31,965 bases of DNA from a virus (lineage: Duplodnaviria; Caudoviricetes): IMG/VR virus record IMGVR_UViG_3300020044_004491, positions 1-31,965 of that record; one strand, given 5' to 3'. The position numbers and the translations under genes are program-made. The first letter of the stretch is position 1; each line of letters starts with the position of its first letter. The notes under the pieces were generated by a model. That model had not been told where the DNA came from. It did not search any database and saw only the letters and a program-made list of their open reading frames with translations. Positions 18,718 through 28,195 of the stretch are shown here, in pieces.

Positions 18718-20310
18718 ATGGAATTCAATGACCTCGTAAACGAGTACAACTTTAGAAAATGCCGTGGTCCAGAAGAAGCAGATGTAGAACAACTTGTAGA
18801 AGCATTTGAGTTCTTCTGTGCTAACTACGTTTATATCAAGCATCCAAGTCGTGGACGAATTGAATTTGAGTTACGACCAGCACAGATAGCAACTGTTCGA
18901 GCATGGCTTGGACACAGAAACACAATTGTTCTTAAAGCACGTCAGATTGGCTTTTCTACTCTTGCTGCCGCTTTTGCATTTTGGCTAGCTTTTTTCTGGC
19001 CAGACCGCTTTGTCGTCATGCTTTCTAAGACCGAGCGTGAAGCCGCCAAGCTTCTGTCTAAAGCCAAGTACATCTATAAGTTCATGCCACGATGGATGCA
19101 ATTAGCTGGTCCTGAACTACTCCAGAACAACGTGCTTAAAATGGCGTTTGATAACGACTCTGTTATTGAGTCTTTGCCGTCAGCAAACGAACCTGCTCGT
19201 GGTGAATCCGTATACCTAGCCATCATTGACGAGATGGCGTTCTTGCCAAACCCAGAACAGGCTTGGGCATCTATTGAACCTATTGCTGACGTTGGTGGTC
19301 GTGTTATTTGTTTGTCCACGGCTAAAGGCGAAGGCAACATCTTCTACACCTTGTGGCACGGGTCACAGACAGGAACCAACCGATTCCATGGCATCTTCTT
19401 TCCGTGGTCAGCAAACGGAGACCGTGACCAATCTTGGTATGACGCGCAGGCTCTTGAACTTCCACCATGGCAGTTGCACCAAGAGTACCCTTCAAACCCA
19501 GAAGAAGCCTTTATCCGTTCTGGTCGCCCAGTATTTGACATTGATTCACTAAACCGTTTTGAGATAGAACGCCCAAAAACAGGGTTCAACAGGAAGTCTT
19601 CCGATGTGAGGAATGCATTCATGTTTGAGTCTTCTGGTGGACCCTTGTCCATCTGGCGTTTACCTGAATTTGGGGCAACGTACACGATTGGTGCTGACGT
19701 GGCAGAAGGACTTGCTCGTGGAGACTATTCCACAGCCCATGTGATTGACGCCAAGTCTGGACTTGTGGTTGCCCACTGGCACGGACACATTGACCCAGAC
19801 AAGTTTGGGGAAGACATCCTGTACTCCCTTGGATACTTCTATAACGAAGCCCTGATTGGTGTTGAATCAAACAACCACGGTTTAACTACCCTGACAGCCC
19901 TGAATCGCGCAAACTACAGCAACCTGTATCGCCAGCGCCGATTGAACCAGAGAAACCCAGAGCAAACGGAACAGCTTGGTTGGAGAACCACATCGCTGAC
20001 AAAGCCGTTAGCTATTGACGAACTGAGCGCCAATATTAGAGATGGGGTGTTGCAGATTATGTGCGAATACACCATTGCTGAACTCAAGACCTTCGTCCGA
20101 GACGACAACGGCTCCATGCATGGCTCACCCCATGACGACAGGGTTATGAGCCTTGCCATTGCCAACCAGATGCTGAAGTATGTCTGGCTTGCCGAGTACC
20201 GCCCAAAGACAGACGCTCCGTTTGGAACCCTGAACTACTTTGCGTCCAAGCTCAAGAAGCCGACCAAGGAACGAGAGCGCTACATGATTGGGGAGTTCAA
20301 TTCCTACTAG
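18718..20310 (+). CDS. terL: Terminase large subunit
   Basis: VLKARQIGFST Walker A, AIIDEMAF Walker B, LSTAKG, IGADVAEG..GDYS, VESN, HDDRVMS nuclease motifs. Confidence 0.97.
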   Translation: MEFNDLVNEYNFRKCRGPEEADVEQLVEAFEFFCANYVYIKHPSRGRIEFELRPAQIATVRAWLGHRNTIVLKARQIGFSTLAAAFAFWLAFFWPDRFVVMLSKTEREAAKLLSKAKYIYKFMPRWMQLAGPELLQNNVLKMAFDNDSVIESLPSANEPARGESVYLAIIDEMAFLPNPEQAWASIEPIADVGGRVICLSTAKGEGNIFYTLWHGSQTGTNRFHGIFFPWSANGDRDQSWYDAQALELPPWQLHQEYPSNPEEAFIRSGRPVFDIDSLNRFEIERPKTGFNRKSSDVRNAFMFESSGGPLSIWRLPEFGATYTIGADVAEGLARGDYSTAHVIDAKSGLVVAHWHGHIDPDKFGEDILYSLGYFYNEALIGVESNNHGLTTLTALNRANYSNLYRQRRLNQRNPEQTEQLGWRTTSLTKPLAIDELSANIRDGVLQIMCEYTIAELKTFVRDDNGSMHGSPHDDRVMSLAIANQMLKYVWLAEYRPKTDAPFGTLNYFASKLKKPTKERERYMIGEFNSY

Positions 20311-20315
20311 ACTAG

Positions 20316-20340
20316 GTAATGGTTTTGCCTTACTTATAGG
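20316..20340 (+). promoter_or_regulatory. Phage promoter motif downstream of terL
   Basis: GTAATG-GTTTTGCCTTACTTA-TAGG. Confidence 0.65.
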
Positions 20341-20346
20341 AGATTT

Positions 20347-20568
20347 ATGCATTGTTCGACATGTTCAAAGCCAATTGAGGCAGAAAATGACTTAAAACGT
20401 GGTCGTTGCTTCAAATGTCACGTAAAAAACGTGCGATTGGGTTTTACTCATGGAAAAGAAGAGTTTCATGGTCCAACAATTCGTGAGCGCCAAAGAGAGA
20501 TGGAAGATTCTCCTCGGTTTAAAGCCGGAGAAATAGAGAAGGTTCCGGCTCGCCGGGAATTAATCTGA
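20347..20568 (+). CDS. Small zinc-finger protein
   Basis: CSTC...CFKC; AGGAG RBS. Confidence 0.75.
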   Translation: MHCSTCSKPIEAENDLKRGRCFKCHVKNVRLGFTHGKEEFHGPTIRERQREMEDSPRFKAGEIEKVPARRELI

Positions 20569-20759
20569 TGGAGTGGATTGTCCCAATTGTTGTTGCCATT
20601 ATTGGCGGACCACTAGTTGTTGTAATCCAACTGTTGAGGAAAGAAAACACTGAACAACATGCAGAGGCAAGGGCGCTTTTGAACCAAGTTGCTGAAAAAG
20701 TAGACAAAGTTGATACAAAACTTGATGGCCATATCCAATGGCATTTGGAGTTGAAATGA
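20568..20759 (+). CDS. Single-TM plus coiled-coil protein (holin-like)
   Basis: WIVPIVVAIIGGPLVVVIQLL followed by heptads ending KLDGHIQWH. Confidence 0.7.
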   Translation: MEWIVPIVVAIIGGPLVVVIQLLRKENTEQHAEARALLNQVAEKVDKVDTKLDGHIQWHLELK

Positions 20760-20923
20760 AAAAAAGAATTAGAGAAGCAGCAAAACCTGTTGTTAAGTCT
20801 GCGAAGAGTGTCAAGAAAATAGATGTGCCTGCTGAGAAGCAAGCAAAGAAGGACGCCACAAAAGCGGCAAAGTATCAAAAGCCAAAAGAGAAGCCAAAGC
20901 CTAAGAGCAAGGACAAAAAGTAA
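20756..20923 (+). CDS. Small Lys-rich protein (55 aa)
   Basis: ATGA overlap, MKKRIREAAK... Confidence 0.65.
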   Translation: MKKRIREAAKPVVKSAKSVKKIDVPAEKQAKKDATKAAKYQKPKEKPKPKSKDKK

Positions 20924-21159
20924 TGAAGAAGCCAAAGTTTGGAATTGTCATAGCGGTTGGTAAGTCACCAATGGGTGAGGCTTACAAGAAAGCCGTTGGC
21001 AAGTACGCATCAGAGGAAAAAGGTGAAGGTCCAAAACCAAAAATGCCTGTCGCCCCAAAAGGCGAAAAGGACATGGGTCCTAAGAGCAGAACTCCTATTG
21101 CTCCAAAAGGTGAAAAAGACAAAGGACCAAAGCCTCGTCGTTCAGGAAAGCAGCTCTAA
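20923..21159 (+). CDS. Small Lys/Pro-rich protein with internal repeat
   Basis: GPK...P(V/I)APKGEKD twice. Confidence 0.7.
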   Translation: MKKPKFGIVIAVGKSPMGEAYKKAVGKYASEEKGEGPKPKMPVAPKGEKDMGPKSRTPIAPKGEKDKGPKPRRSGKQL

Positions 21160-21329
21160 TGAAAAAGCCAACCAAAGCTCAGAAAAAAGTTGAGAAAGTA
21201 ATGCGTGAGTACAAGAAGGGTGACCTTCGCTCAGGTTCAAAAAAGGGTCCAGTAGTAAAGAGTCGTGAGCAAGCAATTGCAATCGCTCTGTCAGAAGCCA
21301 ATCAATCAGTTAAAGGAAAGAAGAAATAA
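21159..21329 (+). CDS. DUF6496-like small basic protein (56 aa), missed by ORF track
   Basis: TAATG overlap; KVEKVMREYKKGDLRSGSKKGPVVKSREQAIAIALSEA. Confidence 0.85.
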   Translation: MKKPTKAQKKVEKVMREYKKGDLRSGSKKGPVVKSREQAIAIALSEANQSVKGKKK

Positions 21330-21331
21330 CC

Positions 21332-21700
21332 ATGATTACATTTCAAGTAGAAAATTTTACTACAGCAGAACAATGGCGAGCAGTTGATGTTACCGATTTT
21401 GAAAATGTTGTTGTCACTCTTGAAGGAACATACACTGGCAACATTACATTCTGGGGAACAAACGATGAACCAGAATTTACTGGCGATTACAACTGGGTGT
21501 TGTGGGGCCTAAATGACAGCACAAGCGTATCTATTGCTGGATTAACAAACACTGTTGCCGGAACAGGTCCAAGCGAACTAACTAAAGGGTTTAGGGGCAG
21601 TGTTGCTGGTCTTCGTTCGTTTGCTGTTTACACAGAAGAAAACTTTACTCCAACTGGAACAGTACGAGCTGTTATCTCATATCAGAGAAGCGCAAAATAA
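21332..21700 (+). CDS. Hypothetical beta-sandwich virion protein
   Basis: 122 aa, beta-rich composition, in structural operon. Confidence 0.65.
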   Translation: MITFQVENFTTAEQWRAVDVTDFENVVVTLEGTYTGNITFWGTNDEPEFTGDYNWVLWGLNDSTSVSIAGLTNTVAGTGPSELTKGFRGSVAGLRSFAVYTEENFTPTGTVRAVISYQRSAK

Positions 21701-21894
21701 TGCCGGGTAATCCAAAGTATCCAGCATCAAAGTCAACAACGAAGCCTGTTTGGGATACTAAGAATCCTAAAAAGAAATCAACTCCGTTGACTGCAGCGCA
21801 GAAAGCTAAAGCAAAAGCTTCAGCTAAAGCTGCTGGTCGTCCATATCCAAATCTTGTTGACAACATGAATGCAGCAAAGAAAAAGAAAAAATGA
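21700..21894 (+). CDS. Small basic protein
   Basis: LTAAQKAKAKASAKAAGRPYPNLVDNM; coupled start and stop. Confidence 0.75.
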   Translation: MPGNPKYPASKSTTKPVWDTKNPKKKSTPLTAAQKAKAKASAKAAGRPYPNLVDNMNAAKKKKK

Positions 21895-22286
21895 AACAGT
21901 CAAATACACCAATGGGCGAAGCCTTCAAGATTGCCATCATGATTGGCAAATCAGAAGAAGGAGAGTCGGAAGAAAAATCAGAAGATGAGGGTTTGCCTGA
22001 AGGCGTAACTAACCCCATCATCAAGCTTGCTCCGGCTGAGGCTGAATACGTTGAGTCAATGTTTGAAATCGTTGAAAAGTACGGCAAGTTAGCCGACAAT
22101 GATGGCAATGGCATTTGGGTTGGATATGAACCACCAGCACAAAATGAAAAGAAATCAATGGGTGTCAAATGTTCTAACTGTGCATTTTGGTGTCCAAAGA
22201 TGAAGGGTTGTCACATCATCGCTGCTAAGGCTGAAGCAAATGGTTATTGCAGACTGGCTGCAATTGGGGAAGGTCTGAAGAAATAA
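21891..22286 (+). CDS. Protein with HiPIP-like four-Cys C-terminal domain
   Basis: KCSNCAFW......CHII......NGYCRL. Confidence 0.65.
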   Translation: MKQSNTPMGEAFKIAIMIGKSEEGESEEKSEDEGLPEGVTNPIIKLAPAEAEYVESMFEIVEKYGKLADNDGNGIWVGYEPPAQNEKKSMGVKCSNCAFWCPKMKGCHIIAAKAEANGYCRLAAIGEGLKK

Positions 22287-22579
22287 TGGCTAAGAAGAAA
22301 CCAACTGTTGAAAGCGCATACAAAAGCGCGGCTTGGACTCGTAAAGAAGGCAAGAATCCTGAAGGCGGTTTAAACGCTAAAGGTCGTGCTTCTTACAAAG
22401 CAGAAACAGGCGGAACACTTAAGCCACCAGTATCATCAGCGCAAGCTAAGAAATCACCGAAAGATGCTGCTCGACGCAAATCTTTTTGTGCACGTATGGG
22501 TGGAATGCCCGGACCAATGAAGGACTCTAAAGGAAAGCCAACCCGTAAGGCTCTGGCTCTAAAGAAGTGGGATTGTTAA
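22286..22579 (+). CDS. DUF6321-like small basic phage protein
   Basis: TAATG start; AWTRKEGKNPEGGLNAKGRASY...RRKSFCARM...ALKKWDC. Confidence 0.8.
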   Translation: MAKKKPTVESAYKSAAWTRKEGKNPEGGLNAKGRASYKAETGGTLKPPVSSAQAKKSPKDAARRKSFCARMGGMPGPMKDSKGKPTRKALALKKWDC

Positions 22580-24457
22580 ATGGCTCGTCAATCAAATGCA
22601 GACAGACTCGCAAGTTACAGAAAGCGTGTTGATTACGCACGTAACTGGCGTAAGAATGAAAACTACGACAATCTCTGGCAACGGATGATTAACCTTTACC
22701 GTGGTCGTCAGTACCGTGGTCAGGCAGTAGGCGACAGGCTTCTTGTTAACATTGCTTTCTCCACGATTAACACTCTTGCTCCATCAGTTGCTATCGGTAG
22801 ACCAAAAATCAATGTGAATCCACGCCGTCCTGAAGATGGCGACAAAGCTGTTGTTACTGAATCAATTATTAACTATTGGTGGCAACATTACGAATGCCAG
22901 CCACAATTCCAACTTGCCGTTAAGGACTATTTGATTCTTGGTCATGGTTGGGTAAAGACTGGCTATCGTTTTGTTGAAGAAGCAAAGACCAAGGACATTC
23001 AGGACAGCGCAGACGAAGCCGCAGACCCAAACAAGCCAGCAGACGATGTTGAGTCAGAATTCATCATTAGAGAAGACCGCCCATTCCTAGAGCGTGTTGA
23101 CCCGTTTGACATGTTCGTTGACCCGGATGCAACATCAATGGATAATGCACGTTGGATTGCTCAGAGAACTCGTCGTCCAATCAAGGACATTAAGAATGAC
23201 CCAAGATATGACTTCTCTGCCCGTAAGGATGTAGGCCCATCGTCATACCAGCGTTATGGCGACATCAATACAACTCCAAACTTCTACACCACGAACTCAT
23301 ACGGTGAAGAAGATGCCTATGCAGACATCTTTGAGTACTACGACATTGACACAGGTGAAATGTCCGTCTTCTCTGACTCTGGAGACAAGTTCCTTATCAA
23401 GCCAGTCAAGATGCCATATGTGTTTGGTCATCCATTCTTCATGTTGCGCAACTACGACATTCCTGGTTTCTTCTACCCAATGGGTGAACTAGAAGCCATT
23501 GAGCCATTGCAGTACGAATTAAACGAAACTCGTACGCAGATGATGAACCACAGAAAGCGTTACTCACGTAAGTGGTTGGCCCTTGAGTCTGCCTTTGACG
23601 ACTTCGGTCGCCAGATGCTTGCTTCAGATGACGACAACGTAATCGTGCCTGTTAAGGGCTCCGAGAACCTGAACAATGTTGTTGTTCCAATGCCAGCACT
23701 CATCAACCCACCAGAGTTCTACAACCAGTCAGCTTTGATTCAGAACGACATTGACCGTGTGTCAGGTGTCTCTGAGTACCAGCGTGGAGCAATTCCTGAG
23801 ACCACGAGAACAGCCCGTGAAGCATCAATCATTGCTGAAGCCGGAAACGCTCGTGTTGCTGAAAAGCTTGTCAACATAGAGAATGCCATTGCCCGATGCG
23901 CGGCGAACCTCATCATGCTTGCCCAGCAGTACTTGACTGGCGAACAGACGGTTCGTATCGTTGGCACAGAGGCAGCCCCAGTTTGGTTGACCTTTGACCG
24001 TGACTACATTGCTGGAGAATTTGACTACAGCGTAGAAGCTGGCTCAACTGCTCCACGAAACGAAGCTTTCCGTCGAGACATGGCTTTGCAGGTTGTTTCA
24101 GCAATGGCACCGTTTGCTCAAGCTGGTCTTGTCAACATGGCAAAACTGGCCGAATATGTGCTTGGAACTGGATTCGGTATCAAGAATGCTTCAGCGTTCC
24201 TGACTCAACCACAGGCACCAGAAGGAATGAGTCCAGACCAGCAAGTTCTTGAAGGACAAGGGCTTCCACCTGGAATGACCCCTGACCAAATGGCTCTTGG
24301 ACAAGAACCACAACTCCCACCAGGGATGATTCCTGGAGCACCACTCCAAGGTCCTGGCGGAGAAGTAGGCGCGCCACCGATGGGCGCATTGGAAAGCTTG
24401 CCGCCTGAATTGCTACAGATTCTGTTAGCACAGGCGCAACAAGCTCCACCTATGTAA
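22580..24457 (+). CDS. Portal protein (P22-like)
   Basis: 625 aa between terL and scaffold; G.GWVK.GY, RVDPFDMFVDPDA, VSGV....RG......TAREASI; Q/P/G/M-rich tail. Confidence 0.9.
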   Translation: MARQSNADRLASYRKRVDYARNWRKNENYDNLWQRMINLYRGRQYRGQAVGDRLLVNIAFSTINTLAPSVAIGRPKINVNPRRPEDGDKAVVTESIINYWWQHYECQPQFQLAVKDYLILGHGWVKTGYRFVEEAKTKDIQDSADEAADPNKPADDVESEFIIREDRPFLERVDPFDMFVDPDATSMDNARWIAQRTRRPIKDIKNDPRYDFSARKDVGPSSYQRYGDINTTPNFYTTNSYGEEDAYADIFEYYDIDTGEMSVFSDSGDKFLIKPVKMPYVFGHPFFMLRNYDIPGFFYPMGELEAIEPLQYELNETRTQMMNHRKRYSRKWLALESAFDDFGRQMLASDDDNVIVPVKGSENLNNVVVPMPALINPPEFYNQSALIQNDIDRVSGVSEYQRGAIPETTRTAREASIIAEAGNARVAEKLVNIENAIARCAANLIMLAQQYLTGEQTVRIVGTEAAPVWLTFDRDYIAGEFDYSVEAGSTAPRNEAFRRDMALQVVSAMAPFAQAGLVNMAKLAEYVLGTGFGIKNASAFLTQPQAPEGMSPDQQVLEGQGLPPGMTPDQMALGQEPQLPPGMIPGAPLQGPGGEVGAPPMGALESLPPELLQILLAQAQQAPPM

Positions 24458-24478
24458 TGAAATGGATTACTATATAGG
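24454..24478 (+). promoter_or_regulatory. Phage promoter motif upstream of scaffold/capsid
   Basis: GTAATG-AAATGGATTACTATA-TAGG. Confidence 0.7.
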
Positions 24479-24524
24479 GAATTAAATATTCCCCACATGG
24501 AACAACCCAGAAGGACGGACTCCA

Positions 24525-25295
24525 ATGAGTGACATAGAAATTACTGACGCTACAGACGACCAGGTTTCCCCCGATGAGGGACAAGTTACCGAATCGGTTG
24601 ATGCTGAAGTAGAAACTCCAGAAGCAGAACCAGAACTCTTTGATTACACAGAGGTAAGCGACAAGTTCGTTAAACTCCAAGTGGACGGAGAAGAAGTTTT
24701 AGTTCCAGTTAAGGAGGCTCTTGCTGGATACCAGCGTCAAGCGGATTACACCCGTAAGACACAGGAACTCAGCGAACAGAGAAAGAGCATTGAGTACGCC
24801 GCCGCTTTGCAGGAAGCCCTGCAGAACGACCCAGCGAACACATTGCGCTTACTTCAAGAACAGTACGGAATAAACGCAGAGCCTGAAGAGGATTTGTGGA
24901 TAGACCCAACTGAGAAGTCGTTGAAGGAAATGGAAAAGCGTTTAGCGTCTTTTGAACAACAAAGGGCGATGGACGAACTGACCAAGACCATTGACACTCT
25001 GCAGAGCAAGTATGGTGACGATTTCAACGCAGATGAAGTTGTAGCCAAGGCCCTCGCTACGGGGACAACCGATTTAGAAGCAGTCTTTAAACAGGTTGCT
25101 TTTGACAAGGTGTATTCCAAGGCATCCGAAGCCAATAAGAAGTTGGCCAAGGAACAAGAGCGGCTGGAAGCGAAGCGTGGCGCAACAATTGTGTCAAGCG
25201 CATCTACATCTAAAGGAACAACGGCACCACCATCTGCTCCACCAAAAACCGTATTCGAAGCTTTTGAGCAGGCAAAACGCCAACTCGGAAGTTAA
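24525..25295 (+). CDS. Capsid scaffolding protein
   Basis: Acidic N-terminus, VDGEE..V...E...GYQRQADYTRKTQELSEQRK, coiled coil. Confidence 0.9.
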   Translation: MSDIEITDATDDQVSPDEGQVTESVDAEVETPEAEPELFDYTEVSDKFVKLQVDGEEVLVPVKEALAGYQRQADYTRKTQELSEQRKSIEYAAALQEALQNDPANTLRLLQEQYGINAEPEEDLWIDPTEKSLKEMEKRLASFEQQRAMDELTKTIDTLQSKYGDDFNADEVVAKALATGTTDLEAVFKQVAFDKVYSKASEANKKLAKEQERLEAKRGATIVSSASTSKGTTAPPSAPPKTVFEAFEQAKRQLGS

Positions 25296-25322
25296 AACCC
25301 AAAACTCAAACAGGAGAAAATC

Positions 25323-26276
25323 ATGGCCGGAAACCCGGACTTTAATGCAATTCTGTCAACTACGTTGCAGAACTATCAGCCAACGCTGGTAGACAACATC
25401 TTCAAGGACCTAGTCCTTTTGAACCACATGAACTCAAAAGGCAGAGTTCAGATGGAAGAAGGTGGCACCTCAATCGTCGAACCACTCATGTACGCAGTGA
25501 ACGGCACCGCCAGCTCGTACAGCGGTTATGACGCGATTGACCTCACCCCACAGGACGGCATCTCAGCTGCTAACTACCAGTGGAAGCAGATGGCTGCTTC
25601 TATTGCTATCAGCGGTATTGAAGAAGCACAGAACCGTGGAACCGAAGCAATCATCAAGTTGCTCAACGCAAAAATCATGCAAGCTGAAATGTCGGTTAAG
25701 TCTGACCTCAACTCCATGCTTTACAGCGATGGCACTGGCAATGGTGGCAAAGACTTTAACGGTCTTGGAAACATCGTTGCAACTGCTAACAACACTGTTG
25801 GTGGCATTGATGCTTCAACAAACACTTGGTGGAACCCATACCAGGACACTTCGGCAGCAACCTTGTCACTTCAGGACATGGGCAAGGTGTACAACAACGC
25901 TTCCAAGGGCAATGACGTTCCAGACATCATCGTGACCAACGAAGACTTGTTCTCAAAGTACGAGTCGCTGTTGACCCAAAACGTTCGTTACCAGGACGTT
26001 GCAAAGGCAAACGCAGGCTTCCAGAACTTGATGTTCAAGCAGACGCCAGTTGTGTTTGACCTTGCTTTGGCAGCAGACACCTCCGCAGCACCGATGTACT
26101 TCCTCAATACGAAGTACCTCAAGCTCGTTGGTATGAACGGTCACTGGTTCAACACCACCGACTTCCAGAGCGGCACCGTTGCAGGCATTGACGCCCGCTA
26201 CGCGCTGGTCTTGGCATTTGGTGAATTGACCTGTTCAAACCGTTCACGTCAGGGTTACTTGACCGCAAACGCATAA
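25323..26276 (+). CDS. Major capsid protein
   Basis: 317 aa after scaffold, AGGAG RBS; LVDNIF, YSGYD, YSDGTG..GK...GL, YFLNTKYL. Confidence 0.93.
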   Translation: MAGNPDFNAILSTTLQNYQPTLVDNIFKDLVLLNHMNSKGRVQMEEGGTSIVEPLMYAVNGTASSYSGYDAIDLTPQDGISAANYQWKQMAASIAISGIEEAQNRGTEAIIKLLNAKIMQAEMSVKSDLNSMLYSDGTGNGGKDFNGLGNIVATANNTVGGIDASTNTWWNPYQDTSAATLSLQDMGKVYNNASKGNDVPDIIVTNEDLFSKYESLLTQNVRYQDVAKANAGFQNLMFKQTPVVFDLALAADTSAAPMYFLNTKYLKLVGMNGHWFNTTDFQSGTVAGIDARYALVLAFGELTCSNRSRQGYLTANA

Positions 26277-26299
26277 TCAGCTTCTGCTGGTTCATTGAT

Positions 26300-26360
26300 G
26301 TAGTCAGTGTCGGTGGCTGTCTTCCTTCGGGCAGTCCACCGGCGCTGGCTATTTCCATTT
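26300..26360 (+). terminator. Long hairpin after capsid gene (terminator/stabiliser)
   Basis: GTAGTCAGTGTCGGTGG-CTGTC pairs with GGCAG-T-CCACCGGCGCTGGCTAT using several G-U pairs; followed by TTCCATTT. Confidence 0.7.
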
Positions 26361-26369
26361 ACCGCCTAG

Positions 26370-26393
26370 GTAATGGATTAGCTATATAGTAGG
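26370..26393 (+). promoter_or_regulatory. Phage promoter motif (14-nt spacer) after capsid terminator
   Basis: GTAATG-GATTAGCTATATAG-TAGG. Confidence 0.6.
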
Positions 26394-26450
26394 GAATCAA
26401 TCCGATTCCTCCCAAACATGGTTTGGTAATCTGGCGAAAGCCAAGGAGTA

Positions 26451-26939
26451 ATGACAATCATGGCAACTAATAACAAATTCATCGTGCAACGTACGAACGT
26501 ACTTGCCGCTGACGTAACACTGGGCGTTTCATACGCAGCGCTTGATGATGGCGATTTTGGTTGGTACGGAATCGCAGGTCAAACCTACGAATTCGATGCC
26601 CGCGTCGCTTATTCAGCAGCAAACGCAACTGATGGAGCAGCATTCTCAATCAGTGCTGGTGCAACCCCAACAGCCGTTGCATTCATTTCCGAATACAACA
26701 CTGATGCAACCACGGTCGTTCGTACGGCTTGTGTTGCAGTTAACACCCCAGACCACGGTTCTGCTTCGGTAGCAATCGGAACTGGCTTGAACCAAGCATT
26801 CCTCCATGGTGTAATCACGCCATCGGCAGACGGCTTCATTTCGGTCAGCGGTATTGCAGAAAACGCATCTTCAATCATTGCCAAGGGTGGTCTTTCAACC
26901 TTGTCATGGAAGCGCATTGACTGGCCAGCAGGCGTCTAA
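26451..26939 (+). CDS. Probable capsid decoration/minor virion protein
   Basis: AAGGAG RBS; beta-rich 162 aa with its own promoter motif and terminator, directly after MCP. Confidence 0.6.
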   Translation: MTIMATNNKFIVQRTNVLAADVTLGVSYAALDDGDFGWYGIAGQTYEFDARVAYSAANATDGAAFSISAGATPTAVAFISEYNTDATTVVRTACVAVNTPDHGSASVAIGTGLNQAFLHGVITPSADGFISVSGIAENASSIIAKGGLSTLSWKRIDWPAGV

Positions 26940-26953
26940 TTAAACCCGTTAAC

Positions 26954-26986
26954 TGTGTTGCCAGTTGAAGGGCTGGCAGCACATTT
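26954..26986 (+). terminator. Hairpin terminator
   Basis: TGTGTTGCCAGTT-GAAG-GGCTGGCAGCACA then TTT. Confidence 0.6.
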
Positions 26987-27011
26987 GACAATGTTCTAAC
27001 GAAGGAGAAAT

Positions 27012-27314
27012 ATGAACAGAGAACCAGTTATTTCAAACCAAACACCAGCAGGGTGTGAGCGTTATGGAAGTACTTCAGGCATTGAAGCATCAGGCATTTC
27101 GTCTGTTTATGCAATGCCAGGAACAGAACCAGCAATGCCTAGCGAAGTTTCTTATGGCCGAAATGTTTTAGACCATTGCACATATCATTACCCAGAAGGT
27201 CATGAGTGCAGGGCTCCAAAAGTAAGAGGCGATGCTTTCTGCATAGGTCACAAGAAGCAGAGAATCAATGCTGAGAAAAAAGCGAAAGCATTAGAGGAAC
27301 AAGTCCAGGAATAG
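27012..27314 (+). CDS. Hypothetical protein with CCCH-type motif
   Basis: CTYHYPEGHECRAPKVRGDAFCIGH; AAGGAG RBS. Confidence 0.7.
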   Translation: MNREPVISNQTPAGCERYGSTSGIEASGISSVYAMPGTEPAMPSEVSYGRNVLDHCTYHYPEGHECRAPKVRGDAFCIGHKKQRINAEKKAKALEEQVQE

Positions 27315-27322
27315 GAATATAA

Positions 27323-28192
27323 ATGCCAGCACCAGCAAGTACGCTAACGACGGGTCTCAACTCCTATTACCTCATCCAACTGATTGAGAATCTTTCCCAA
27401 TTGCAGATTGGTTACGACCCAGACGTTGACGACATTGACCAAGACTTGGTGCTTCAGTTCCTCAAAGAGGGCTATCAAAGAATCGTTTCACTAGACACAC
27501 GCTGGCCGTGGTTTCAAACCACCTACCAGTTTGAGACTCTTGACTCAGTTAGAGCGTATTCTGCTGGATTCAACGTAACTGCAAGTTGGTCTCCATATAT
27601 TCCTGTTTTTCCTGACGCAGCTGCATTAAATAAGACTCTTCAAAATGTTCGTGAAGTAATTAGCGTTATTAATAACACTGACGGTGGAAACGAACTGATT
27701 TACATTGACCAGTTCAAAGCTGAATCAATTTGGGTTGGAACAAATGACCAGCCAGACATTCCTGCATATTGGTCGCTTTGGGGCAACCAAATAAACCTGT
27801 GGCCAAAGCCAAACGACACTCAATACCAGATGACCATGCGTGGTTATCGTGAGCCAGACCTTACATGGCTTACAGACTCAGCTAACTCACAAAGCACAAA
27901 CTATGTAGACCTAGACCCAGAGTTCCACATGATGCTTGTTAACTTTGTTCTCGCTCGCACATTCCAATTCCAAGAAGACCCTGAGATGGCCAATGTGTAC
28001 ATGCAGCACTACAACTCTGGTGTCACCATTGCCAAGGCAAACTTAACTGCACCAAATAGCAACCAACCATTGATTATGAGCGGTGGTTTGCAACTCAACG
28101 GAGCAGCAAATACGGCTTATGGTTTTGGCTACGGACAAGGTGGAATTATGGTTCAGCCAGGTTCGCCATATCCACTTGGAAGAATGTTTTAA
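27323..28192 (+). CDS. Head-tail adaptor (tail tubular protein A-like)
   Basis: Position after capsid genes; RWPW, P..W......INLWPKP, LDPEFH.MLV motifs. Confidence 0.75.
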   Translation: MPAPASTLTTGLNSYYLIQLIENLSQLQIGYDPDVDDIDQDLVLQFLKEGYQRIVSLDTRWPWFQTTYQFETLDSVRAYSAGFNVTASWSPYIPVFPDAAALNKTLQNVREVISVINNTDGGNELIYIDQFKAESIWVGTNDQPDIPAYWSLWGNQINLWPKPNDTQYQMTMRGYREPDLTWLTDSANSQSTNYVDLDPEFHMMLVNFVLARTFQFQEDPEMANVYMQHYNSGVTIAKANLTAPNSNQPLIMSGGLQLNGAANTAYGFGYGQGGIMVQPGSPYPLGRMF

Positions 28193-28195
28193 TAA

